A stretch of 63,981 nucleotides of DNA, filler included, from Hyphochytrium catenoides (taxonomy: Eukaryota; Protista; Hyphochytriomycota), in NCBI GenBank assembly GCA_900088475.1. It is 8 parts of 8 records of this genome, joined end to end, with 100 filler letters (N's around TTAATTAATTAA, not from the genome) between each part and the next. Parts side by side here need not be neighbours in the genome. Positions count along the whole stretch, not along the records: positions 1 to 6,251 come from FLMG01000376.1; positions 6,352 to 11,596 come from FLMG01003522.1; 6 more parts are not named here. One strand, 5' to 3'. The position numbers and the translations under genes were made by a program. The notes under the pieces are model-generated. The model worked only from the letters and a program-made list of their open reading frames with translations. It had not been told where the DNA came from and searched no databases. Of this stretch, positions 1 through 10,150 are shown piece by piece. The number at the start of each line of letters is the position of its first letter. Position 1 is the first letter of the stretch.

Positions 1-14
1 AAGTTTATTCTCTT

Positions 15-50
<36 letters not shown>

Positions 51-228
51 TCTTTCTCTGTCTGCTTGTCACAAGGTCTAACACTGTCATTGGATGAAAA
101 GATTCGCTAGTAGAAGAGAGATTGTAGTGGAGAGAGGCGATGTGCGGCAACAGCAGCCGAGAGCCGAAAGGAGAGAGAGACCTCAGAAAAAAGAGAGACT
201 GTCAAGAAGAGATTAGGGGGAGAGAGAG

Positions 229-269
<41 letters not shown>

Positions 270-474
270 CCGGGAGAGATCAGGCACTAACTCTTCATCC
301 TCATGGCATTGATCGGACAGAATAAGGGCAGCGGCAGTCAAGCGTGACCAGCAGGAAGACAAGCATGGCAGGGAAAGGGGAAAAAGGAGGAAGAGAGAGA
401 GAGATGCAAGGAGAGGAAACGAGTGTGAAAGAGAGAGAGAGAAACACGAAAGAAGACACAAGGTAGCGAGACCT

Positions 475-510
<36 letters not shown>

Positions 511-2161
511 NNNNNNNNNNNNNNNNNNNNNNNNNNNNNNNNNNNNNNNNAGAGGGAGAGAGAGAGAGGGAGAGAGAGAGAGAGAAGAGGGAAAGAAAGA
601 ACAGGACAGAACAGAACAGAACAGATAAGAAAAAGGCATATGGCCCCCACTATCCCAACAACCCGAAAATAACTTTACAACAAATGGGAAGAGAGGATTT
701 GGTTGTTTGGCCAAAGACTGGTAGCCGAAGATATCGTCACATATCTGAACGTACCGGCCAAGGTTTGATAGGTTTATCCTCCAAAATAACGGATATCCAA
801 GGACAGCTCAAGCAAGAGGAACGTTATTTTCGGAACATAACCCTATGGTATTAAAATCGGCTTGTTGTTAACTACCGTTTCGTTCTGGAGCTCTCTTTCT
901 CTGCCTGTCTGTTCTCTTTATCCCTCCTCTGTCTCTCTGTCTCTCTCTGTCTCTCTCTTAATATTTGGGTCTCCCTCTCTGTCCGTCTCCTTTCTGTCCT
1001 CTTGACTACTACTCTTTTCTTCTCTCCCTCTCTCTCTCCATTTGCTCCCTGCGGCTTCGTCCTTCTTACTATGTCTCTGCTCCTCTGTGTCTCTGTCTTT
1101 TCGTGTTGTCTCGTTTCTCTTCTTTCCCATTATTTCTCTCTCTCTCTATGAGTAAGTAACTATGGAAAAAAAGAGAGAAGAGAAGACCTCTGCGGGTGTG
1201 AGAGCGAGAGGGAAGATCAGCGAAAGGAGTTGTTAAGGAATCTATGAGCACCAGTAGGTAGGGCGGTCAGTCAGATGCTGAGAGTAACTGACATAGGCAC
1301 TTTTCTGTCTCTCTCTCTTCGTTCTCTTTCTCTCTCTTTTCTCTTCTGTCTCTCTCTGTCGATCTGTCTCCCTTTCTCTGTCGTGTTAGCAGTGCTGCTA
1401 AAGGCGTCTTACAAGCTTGTGAGAGTCACAAGAATAGAGTTGAGCTCTAATGAAAGTAAAAAAGAAAGCAACAAGAACCAGGTGAGTCTCGCTAACGCGT
1501 TCTGTCTCGATAAGAATGTGTTCTCCAGAGATGAGAAAAGCGAGACGGAGAGTCTCCTCCTCTCATTGTCCTTAGCATGCAAAGGAAAGAAGAGTATTAG
1601 GTCTTTCCTAACATAAAGTTCTACCCTAGAAAATGTATCATGCAGAGACGACAACAAAGCAAGACCAAGGAAGAAAGGAGCCTGTGACAAGAAGAGAGGT
1701 GAGCGAGAGAAAGTCTTTCTCTCCTGAAAGCTCTATCACGCTATGACTGCTGAGTTAATCCTTTGCACCTCTCCTGCAAACCTAGGAAGCCTCTCCACAT
1801 TCTGCCTATTCTTCCCAGAGCAAAAAATCCTTCTGCTTGTTGTGCCAAAGCAAAGAAGTTGCGGCAGCTCTTGCTAATAACAAGGATCCCGGTTGCCTAT
1901 CCAAGTCCTAAGAGATGGGTGAGACCAAGACTCCGTAAATTAAACGGCACTCTGCACACTCCGTAAAGATATCGAGAGAGTCCTCTTCTGATGTTATCTA
2001 CCGGATCTCCTTGTCGTTAACCTATCCGTTAGAGTATAGAAGAAAAGACGATGAGCTGTACCTCCAGCTCTCTCTCTCTCTTTTCCTCTCTCTCTCCCCT
2101 CTCTCTCTTTCTCTCTCTTCTCTCTCTCTCTCTCTCCCTCTTCTCTCTCTCTCTTCTCTCT

Positions 2162-2201
<40 letters not shown>

Positions 2202-2918
2202 CCTCCTCCATCATCATTCCTGTCCTCTCCTTTTCTTCCCGAGTGCCCGCCCAAACACGGCTCCTTCTCTACCTCGGAGGTGGCTATTTCTCTCTCTCCA
2301 CATCTCGATTTCTCTCCTCTCTTAACATCATTCATCGCCCGCACAGATCCTTCTGAGGCTCCAAAAGCTCCAGCAGCGCCGTCCTTAGCCTCCTTGACGA
2401 TGATGGCCCTTCACTGATGGAAAAGCTTCAGAAATAGGACAAAAGATTCGTCTTTCGCCGCAGTGTGAGCATTAGATTTGAAAGAAAAGGAGAGCAGAGA
2501 GTCAAGAAAGAGAGAGAGAGAAACTGAGAGAGAAGAGGGAAATCTTGAAAAGCTTCAGAAATGTTTGTCGCCACGGCGTGGGAGGTGTGTAGCGTCAGGC
2601 TTGGTAGCTGAGCCAGCGTACAGTGATCATCGAAAGCCATCGATTTTCTATGTTTATAGTGAAGAGTCGTATAAGGGAGAGGAGAGAAAGAAAGAGAGAG
2701 AGAGAGAGAGGGCGGGAGAGAGGATAAGAAAGACAGAAAAAGAGAGTGAAATAACGGTTTTTCAAGGCAATAACATCCCATAAGAAAGAGGCATCTATTT
2801 TCTATATTCATAATGTAGAGCAGTATAGGGGAGAGGAGAGAGGGAGGAGAGAGAGAGGAGAGAGAAAGAAACAAAGCGAACAAAGAGGAGGGAAAGAGAG
2901 AGACGAGTAAGGGATTCC

Positions 2919-3347
2919 TCAAGGCAGTAGCAGCCCCCAAGACGAAGGCTCCTCAGCACTCACAGTTGCTGGTAGGGAAGGAGAAGATAGAGAAGAGGAG
3001 GAAGGAGAAGGAGGAGGAGGAAGAGTCCTGAGAGTGGTCCGGCAGTGCGTGACCCGATTCTCCGTAGAAAACACATAGAAATCCAAGAAATGCAGCCGGA
3101 TCAGCTTCCCTTTTTCCTCTTTCTCTCCTCCTCTTCCCTGTCTCTCTCCTTCTTTGGTAGAGCTGCCGGCCATCTGTCTTTCATCTTCTTCGCTTTCTTC
3201 CTGAGAAAGAGCGCCTCTCTCTCTCGCCTCTAACGTAGAGAAGACAAGGATTCTGTCTCCTCTGAGGTCCAGTGGCCGGACTTGGATGTCAGAGAAACGG
3301 AACCACTCATAGCGGCGACAATACTCAGACCTACGCAGGGATGATTG

Positions 3348-3399
<52 letters not shown>

Positions 3400-5105
3400 A
3401 AAAAAAGTGAAAAGTGTGTAAAGAGCAGTGGCTGATGTGCGGGGAGGGGAAACGAGAGAGGAAGAGATAAAAAAAAAGAAAAAAGAAAGAAAAGAGAGAG
3501 CAAAACAACGAAACGAAAGGGATAAAAGTCAGAGAAACCAAGGAACCAAGGTTGATGGACACGCAGACCCTCACGTGGGGAGGAGAACCAAGGAGAGAGA
3601 GACAGAGTATGGACACGCTTGATGATGCATAAGAGAGAGAAAGACCGAGACAGAGAGAGAGAGAGAGCAAAAAAAGGAAAGAGATCCTCTGAAAGGGGGA
3701 AAATGAAGAAACAGAGAGAAAGAGAGCAACTGAAGAAGGAGAAAGAAAAGTAAAAAGAGATAGAGAGACAGAGGGAGCGAGAGAAAGAGAGAGGAAGGAA
3801 GACCGCGTTATGTAGGACAAGTTTGTACCATAATCTGCGGTTTCCTTGTTCTCCTCTCACCGCATTTTCTTCTAAAACATCAGGAAACGCCCAGACGGAG
3901 GGAGGGAGAGACTCGAGAGAGGGAGAAGACGACAGGAGAGAGACATCCTTAGGAGAGAGAGAGGAAGAAGGAGGAGGAAGTTCATCATGCAAAATAACGG
4001 CGGTTCTATGGAAGAGAGAGAGAAAGATGTCAAGATTTCCCGTGTTTAGGAGGTTGATGGACCAAAAGAGAATGTGACTGCGAAGCTCTCTTACTCTTCG
4101 GAGAGAGAGAGGAAGAGAGAGAGAAGCTGCTGAAGAGAGAGAGACGTCTCCTGGACCTCGAGGGAGAGAGAGCTGCTGCAGGCGTGACCTTAGGCTTTTG
4201 TGTCTCTCTTCAGATTGTCTGATCTTCTCTTCTAAGAGAGAGAGATACCGCGTGGACCTTCCTGGCCGGAGCTCTCTCCCATTTTCTTCCTGTCTCTTCT
4301 TCTCTCTTCTTCTCCTTCTCTCCTTCTCTGTTTCTCTCTCTTTCTCTGCCTTTCCTTCGTCTTCCATCATGGCATCCTCCGGCGTTCCGGTCTCTTCAAC
4401 CTGTCTTTCTCTTCGGTCTTCTTCTTTGTCTCTTCGTTCTTTCCTTTCGTCTCTCTCTCCAGCTATTTTCTCTCCTCTTCCTGCGGAGAAGCCAGGGAAA
4501 GAGAGAGAGGAGGAAATGGATGCTGTTTCCGCTGGAAGAAAAGGCGAGGATGCAGGAGAGGAAGAGGGTTGAGAGAACGAGAGCGCCGTGACAGGGGACG
4601 AAGAGAGAGAAGAAAACCGTTTAAAGATCTTCTCCCCTTTCCTCTCTCTTTTCTCTTCTCCTGGGACAAGAAGGGGATCTCCTCCTCCATCTCCACTTCT
4701 TCTTCCTTCTCTTTCTTCTTTTCTTCCTCTTCCTGGCTCTAGTGGCAAGCCTTTCTGCAATGTCTCTTCTTCTCTTTCTTTCTCTTCTTCTCTTTGTAGT
4801 CTCTCTCTCTCTTTCTTCTCCTGGTGTTGGTTTGGCGACTGGAGCGACAGGAGAGACACTCCGTCTCTCTGTTTCCTTCCCGAAACAACATCTTGAAGCC
4901 AGTCTTCTAGCGCATCTTCTGGTGTTGTTCTCTCTCCTCCCTCGTTTCCTCCTCTCTCTCTTGTCCGTGTCTCTGTTCTGTCTCTTCTCCCTCTCTCTCT
5001 TTTCTTTGATTTCTCTCCACTGTTATGCCCCTCTTCTTTTTCCTGACCAGGTGGTGGTGCCGATGAAGTGAGCAGACAGAAGAGAGAGACTGGCATATCT
5101 GCCAT
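2919..5105 (-). CDS. Two-exon (or more) gene: long charged low-complexity N-terminus plus a C-terminal SnoaL/NTF2-like domain
   Basis: ATG at 5105. A GT(3828)..AG(3331) CT-rich 498-nt intron joins RRLW|SEYCRRYEWFRFSDIQVRPL. The pattern INLLNTGNLDIFLSLFHRTAVIL...VRGEQGNRRLW...RILVFSTL...FLDFYVFSTENRVTHCR fits an NTF2-like fold. The 3' end is uncertain: a possible donor ACT|gtgagt near 2963 would add a terminal exon KIDGFR* near 2646. Confidence 0.55.
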
Positions 5106-5992
5106 TCTTCTACGCCTTTCTCTCTCTAAACTTTTTCTTCTGTTCCTTCCTCTCTCCCGCTTTCTCTCTCTCTCTCTTTCTCCACTTTTTTCACATCTCT
5201 TTCCCTACTTTTTTCCAGTCCAGATACTCCCAGCAGAAGGCCGCTAGTCCGAGGTTTCTTCCCTAAGAATCCTTTCTCTTTCTTTGTCTTCTCTTTCGCT
5301 TCTTTCCGCGCCAAGCCAGATTTGTCTGCCGCACTTCTTTCCTTTCCTTGTTGGATCTTCCTTTTTGTTTTGTTCCTTGCTTCTTCTGCTTTCCTTTTCT
5401 CTCTTTATTTCCTCTCTTCTCTCTCTCTCTCTCTCTCGCCTTTCCTCCTGTCGATCGATCGGCTTGACGTTTCTGCTATCCCCTCTCTTTCTCTCTTTCT
5501 TTCTCTCTTTCTCTCTGGGTGAAGAGAGAGGAAGAGAGGGAGAGACACACAGTCAGAGGTCGGCAGCGGCGCAAGGGAGTCCGAAGAGGGGGAAAAGAGA
5601 CAGAGGAAGGAGGGCCAAAGAGACAAGTTGATGCAAGGTTCTGCATCAAAAAAAAAACATACCCGCGCGCAGAGCAAGACAGAGCAAGACCAGAGCCAGG
5701 GGAGGCCCTGCACTGTCGGAAAGATATAAGGAGAAGAAGAGAGAGGGAGAGCGGGGTCTCTCCCCCTTATTCCACCAGAGAGAGGAGAGAGAGAGAAAGA
5801 GAAAAAGAAAGAGACAACAAAAGACGTCTCGTCCCCGCCCACACCGCTGACAGAAGGGATAAAAGAGAAAACAGGGGAAGCAGAGCGAGGGGAAGAGAAA
5901 GAGCAGCAGCCAAAACAGCCTGAGAAGCAGAGAAGAGAAAGAAGAGGAGAAGCCTAGAGAAAGAGAAGAGGAAAGAGGAGGAAACAGGGCGG

Positions 5993-6029
<37 letters not shown>

Positions 6030-6251
6030 ACACACGAGACTGATTGAAAAAAACAGAGAGGCGACAGAGAAAGGAAAAGGGAAAAAACTGAGACCAGCAG
6101 CTCTTAGACTAGCAGTTTGAAATATTTCAATCTTTATGAAGCCTTCCGAGCATATCTTTCAAGATCAGGAAGTGTTGGATGTGACGGACTGACTAATGGA
6201 GGAACTTAGAAGGGTCCGTCCACGAGTGGATCATCTGCTGCCATGAATGGA

Positions 6252-6351
6252 NNNNNNNNNNNNNNNNNNNNNNNNNNNNNNNNNNNNNNNNNNNNTTAAT
6301 TAATTAANNNNNNNNNNNNNNNNNNNNNNNNNNNNNNNNNNNNNNNNNNNN
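6252..6351. other. Artificial 100-bp scaffold spacer N44-TTAATTAATTAA-N44 (also 11597-11696, 33754-33853, 41677-41776, 44669-44768, 52162-52261, 62479-62578)
   Basis: An identical palindromic 12-mer, giving stops in all six frames, is centred in each of seven equal-length gaps. Confidence 0.97.
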
Positions 6352-9300
6352 GGAACTGCGCATCCCAGGCCCTTACATGCCAGACGGGCTTCCAGCGCTA
6401 GGAGAGCCGTTGCGATAGGTGCGGAAGTAACAGGGACAGGAGAACAACCTATTCGGGTGATCGCCTCTGACGCCCCTGCCACTGTCGAAGAGGAGGAAAA
6501 GGAGTCTCCGATACATGGACAAGAGAGTGAGGAACTGGGGAGTCCGAGCCATTTACGACATGGGGAACCTTGGAGACATGGTCACCACCACCTTAGCCAT
6601 CCTGGAAAGGGCAGTCGATGGTATCGTCATGGCCGGGGTGGATTCGGGCGTAGTCTCTCCGCTGTTCCGGCTTCTGACGAAGTCCATTTATATCCTCCTC
6701 ATCCATTTTCTGGTCACTCCTCGTCCCTTCCCTTGCCCCCACCTCCTGTTCCTGAAGCCTCCGCTCCTGATCATTATAAACACTTTTGGGGCCACAACCC
6801 TTTCTACGGGCCTCCTGTAAAAGGGTCAGGCCGAAGTAGCCGAAAGGGGAGGCGGGAGAGAGCTAAAAGCCTTGATACCAGTGAGAGCTCCAGCAGCTCT
6901 TTAGTTACAGAGGAGGAGGAGTCTTCCAAGAGTGATACTTCATTCTCGGAGGACGAGAAAGGAGAGAGCTCCAGGATGTGGAAACGAGGACATCCTCAGC
7001 ATGGTAAGAAGGCCGATTGGAAAGGGATTCTTCCCGATGAGTGGAGTGCTCTCCATGTGTACAGATGGCTTGTTTGGCTAGGGTATCCAGCTGCGGTCAC
7101 AAAGGAGTTTCTCACCCAGAAAATAGATGGTTCCCTTCTTCCTGAAGTACTGGATATGGACATCCTTGAAGATGAAATGGGTTGCACTACGGAGCTTCTG
7201 AGAAGGAGCGTCCAGGCTGCCATCCACTTAGCCCTTCACTGCCAGGAAACGAGAGAACTCTGGAAAACTGATGGTGGACGAGGAGAGGAGAGGTTCTGGA
7301 ATTGCAGACAGGTTCGCAGCAGCCTAGCTGAACACGTGGACCACAGCTTAAAAGCTAAGCTGCGAGAAAAGTTTATTGTCGGTGCTCTTTTATGTAAAAT
7401 GGAGGAATGTGATGCCAACCTCCTCCTCCAAGGTCTGAAAACTGTTCCGAGAAAACGAGGGCTCCGATATCTCTCTACCTTCGTCCCTGTGGCAGCATCC
7501 ATGCTTCAACAGAGTGCAAGTAGTTCAAAAACTAAACTCAAGAAAGCGGGGAAGACAGTAGGAGAATCCTCCGTTACAATTGTTAGCGGAGCATCTGCGG
7601 GACTAGGAAACGATAAACAGTCAAGAGGGCAATCAACCTACATCTCTGACATTCTGGGCCGCAGTCAACAGCCATCCTCGGACACAGGTGGAGAAGTAAA
7701 GAGACAAAACGGAGGTCCTGATTCTGCTGCGAAAGCATCCGTAGGCCCACCTAGTGCACCTCCGACCTCACGGGCTCCGTCTACTCCTCTCTCTGTAGGT
7801 GCACAGCTTGACACAGAATCTCCTTCTACGGCCGGTATTGTAGACGGGGATATCCCTGTAATCGAGGTCTTTGCAGAAGAAGCCAGACAGCTATCGAATC
7901 CCTACTTACCTACCGCTGTCGCACTGGAAGCTTCTACTGAGGAGGACTCTTACCTATTGGCTGGTCGCTATCGAGTGCTCCCTTGCGCAATGCCGCCCAA
8001 GGGCCGCTGTCTCATCGCTGATGGTGTGGATACCTGGAGCCGGAAGCAGAACAAAGTGAAGCTGAAGTTCTATACTCAAGAAGATGAAGACAAGGCTAGA
8101 AATGAGCTTCGGGTCCTTGATGACGTTGGTAGTGAGTTCTGCGTGGAAGCTCTAAGTGATCTGATAGAGAAATTTGACGACAGAGGCTCTTTCTGCATCG
8201 TCTTAGAGGCAGGGACGCTGGATCTAGACATGATCTGCCGTCATCATACCCTGACTGTGAATGAGATCAGGTCAGTGATGGAGAAAGTGGGGCTTTGTCT
8301 GTATGCGTTGCACCGAAAGAAGTACGTCCACAACGACCTTAAGCTCCAAAATATCGTTGACTTCTCGAAGGGTCGAATCATTGCGCCAAAGTTGATTGAC
8401 TTAGAGGAGGCAACCAAGGTCCATCAGCCCATCTCCTGCAACATGACGACTGAATACTGTCCTCCAGAAGTGGCTGTCTATTTAATGACTCAGCAAAGAG
8501 GGAGCGGAGACCAGCGCACGCAATTCCTGGCTGACTATAGTCTGGACGTCTGGTGCTTTGGAATGTCTCTGCTTCGGATGTTCAATGGTGGCGAAACCAT
8601 TCCCGAATTCGTGAGCAGAGAAAAAGAGGAGATCATTGCAGCGCTTGCGTCCCCTCATTTCACCATTGGCCTTCACTGGGTTGGCGATCGTGGGGCGCGA
8701 GAGTTGATTGGTCAGTGTCTATGTTTGGATCCTACGCAGCGCCCATCTATGGGTAAAGTACTTCGCCATCCCTTCTTTGCCGGGTATAACACGACGCTCC
8801 ATGAGAAGGTGCAGATAGGATCCTTCGTGGCCTCCGGCCTGGGCAGACAGCTCTATGAGGAGCAAGCGGAGAAACAAGCTCGTAACACATCCGAAGAGAC
8901 GAAAGCGGGGAGTGTTGAAGGAGAGAGCAAGAGCGATACCTACTGCAAAGAAGAAGTGGCGGATGAGGTGGCAGTGGAAGGAGAGAGCCCAGGCATCAAG
9001 TCAGACCTTTCCTTCGACGAGACATCGTCATTGATGAGAACGACTTTGGAGTTGGCGGAAGCAGCAGTCCCTGGGCTCTGGCTGGTCTGTCCATACGAAG
9101 TAGTCACTGACAAAAAGCGAGTTGACAACATCCTGCACAAGCTTGATCGGGCGATCCCAAAAAAGCTAGTGCTATACTTTCTCTGCGAGGCAGGCGATCG
9201 TTCGGTTCCATGCGATGCATATAGCAACCCGTTAGTCCTTTCGAAGGCTGGTGATCTGCTACAGCGAGGAGCGCCGATGTTCATATACACTCTTCTCTTT

Positions 9301-9777
9301 ATCAAGATCGCTGAAGCTGCTGGCGAGAGTATAGACGGTCTGCCACCAAGGGAGCATATCCCGTTTATTGGCAGTCTGGCAGCAAAAGATGCCAGCAGGT
9401 TTCTTGATGAGCTATTAGCTGTGTTTGGAGTGGGAAACATAGTAGACAAGAGTCAGCTTTCTCCATCCCATTCTCAGCACGCAGAGCTTCTAGCAGATAT
9501 TTGGACTCTAATCCAAAGCATAGAGCAGGATGAAGAGCAAAGTGAGGCAAAGCGCAAGCGAACAAGAGTGCTTTCGCTGCTAGAGTCTTACCGCAATAAC
9601 GCTGTGACTGCTGATGTATATGCTGCGCTCAAGGAGATGCTGTCTCTCCTTCAAATTAACTGGCAGACTGGAGTTATCGGCGCTCTCGAGCGCATAGTCT
9701 TCTCTGAAGCGCAAGGCGGCGGGGTTCGCTGGGTCTGTCGCAATCATGCCAAGGCTCTGCAAGATTCTGCGGACTGA
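6352..9777 (+). CDS. Single-ORF protein: two SAM-like domains, a Ser/Thr kinase-like domain and a ROCO/COR-C-terminal-like tail; 5' end lies in or before the gap
   Basis: The frame is open from the gap edge (6352) to TGA at 9777. SAM-like motifs: WSALHVYRWL..QKIDGSLL..LEDEMG (~7040-7240) and WNCRQV..KFIVGALL (~7300-7470). Kinase motifs: VKLK, NELRVL, VHNDLKLQN, KLIDLE, TTEYCPPE, DVWCFG, RPSMGKVLRHPFF (~7950-8780). Confidence 0.85.
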   Translation, partial: GTAHPRPLHARRASSARRAVAIGAEVTGTGEQPIRVIASDAPATVEEEEKESPIHGQESEELGSPSHLRHGEPWRHGHHHLSHPGKGSRWYRHGRGGFGRSLSAVPASDEVHLYPPHPFSGHSSSLPLPPPPVPEASAPDHYKHFWGHNPFYGPPVKGSGRSSRKGRRERAKSLDTSESSSSSLVTEEEESSKSDTSFSEDEKGESSRMWKRGHPQHGKKADWKGILPDEWSALHVYRWLVWLGYPAAVTKEFLTQKIDGSLLPEVLDMDILEDEMGCTTELLRRSVQAAIHLALHCQETRELWKTDGGRGEERFWNCRQVRSSLAEHVDHSLKAKLREKFIVGALLCKMEECDANLLLQGLKTVPRKRGLRYLSTFVPVAASMLQQSASSSKTKLKKAGKTVGESSVTIVSGASAGLGNDKQSRGQSTYISDILGRSQQPSSDTGGEVKRQNGGPDSAAKASVGPPSAPPTSRAPSTPLSVGAQLDTESPSTAGIVDGDIPVIEVFAEEARQLSNPYLPTAVALEASTEEDSYLLAGRYRVLPCAMPPKGRCLIADGVDTWSRKQNKVKLKFYTQEDEDKARNELRVLDDVGSEFCVEALSDLIEKFDDRGSFCIVLEAGTLDLDMICRHHTLTVNEIRSVMEKVGLCLYALHRKKYVHNDLKLQNIVDFSKGRIIAPKLIDLEEATKVHQPISCNMTTEYCPPEVAVYLMTQQRGSGDQRTQFLADYSLDVWCFGMSLLRMFNGGETIPEFVSREKEEIIAALASPHFTIGLHWVGDRGARELIGQCLCLDPTQRPSMGKVLRHPFFAGYNTTLHEKVQIGSFVASGLGRQLYEEQAEKQARNTSEETKAGSVEGESKSDTYCKEEVADEVAVEGESPGIKSDLSFDETSSLMRTTLELAEAAVPGLWLVCPYEVVTDKKRVDNILHKLDRAIPKKLVLYFLCEAGDRSVPCDAYSNPLVLSKAGDLLQRGAPMFIYTLLFIKIAEAAGESIDGLPPREHIPFIGSLAAKDASRFLDELLAVFGVGNIVDKSQLSPSHSQHAELLADIWTLIQSIEQDEEQSEAKRKRTRVLSLLESYRNNAVTADVYAALKEMLSLLQINWQTGVIGALERIVFSEAQGGGVRWVCRNHAKALQDSAD

Positions 9778-10150
9778 AGCGTGTATTTGTCTATAAATCT
9801 CTTCTCTAGAACTGAAAGAGATGACACAAAGGTTGAAGATGTTTAGACTGCTCACGCTAAACGGAGAGCACCTGGCGGGCGTCAGTCTACAGCTGTGATT
9901 AGAAAACAAGATTCGCTATAGAGTAGAATGTCGCAGGTGCCAAAAAGGGCTAAAGGAGGAGAAATAGGCAAGTAAGACGGTATATTGACATGTATAAAGC
10001 ATTAGTGAGCAGAGTCTGTAGAGCTCTGGACGAGCTCTGACAATATGGCGATACTCTCTGCTAGCGCTGGCTGCTGCAAAGATATCACAAATCGTGCGTG
10101 TGATCGAAGCAGTCTCACTGTAATAAGGAAGTTAATACAAGAGCGTCTTT

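Noticed and set aside
2919-5105. 728-aa single-exon protein with a central hydrophobic domain
   Set aside because: The hydrophobic part is better explained as a GT-AG CT-rich intron (3331-3828).
6296-6307. Recurrent palindrome TTAATTAATTAA (7 copies) as a biological repeat or recombination site
   Set aside because: It is always centred in identical 100-bp N spacers, so it is an assembly linker. ORFs ending in LIN* are artefacts of it.
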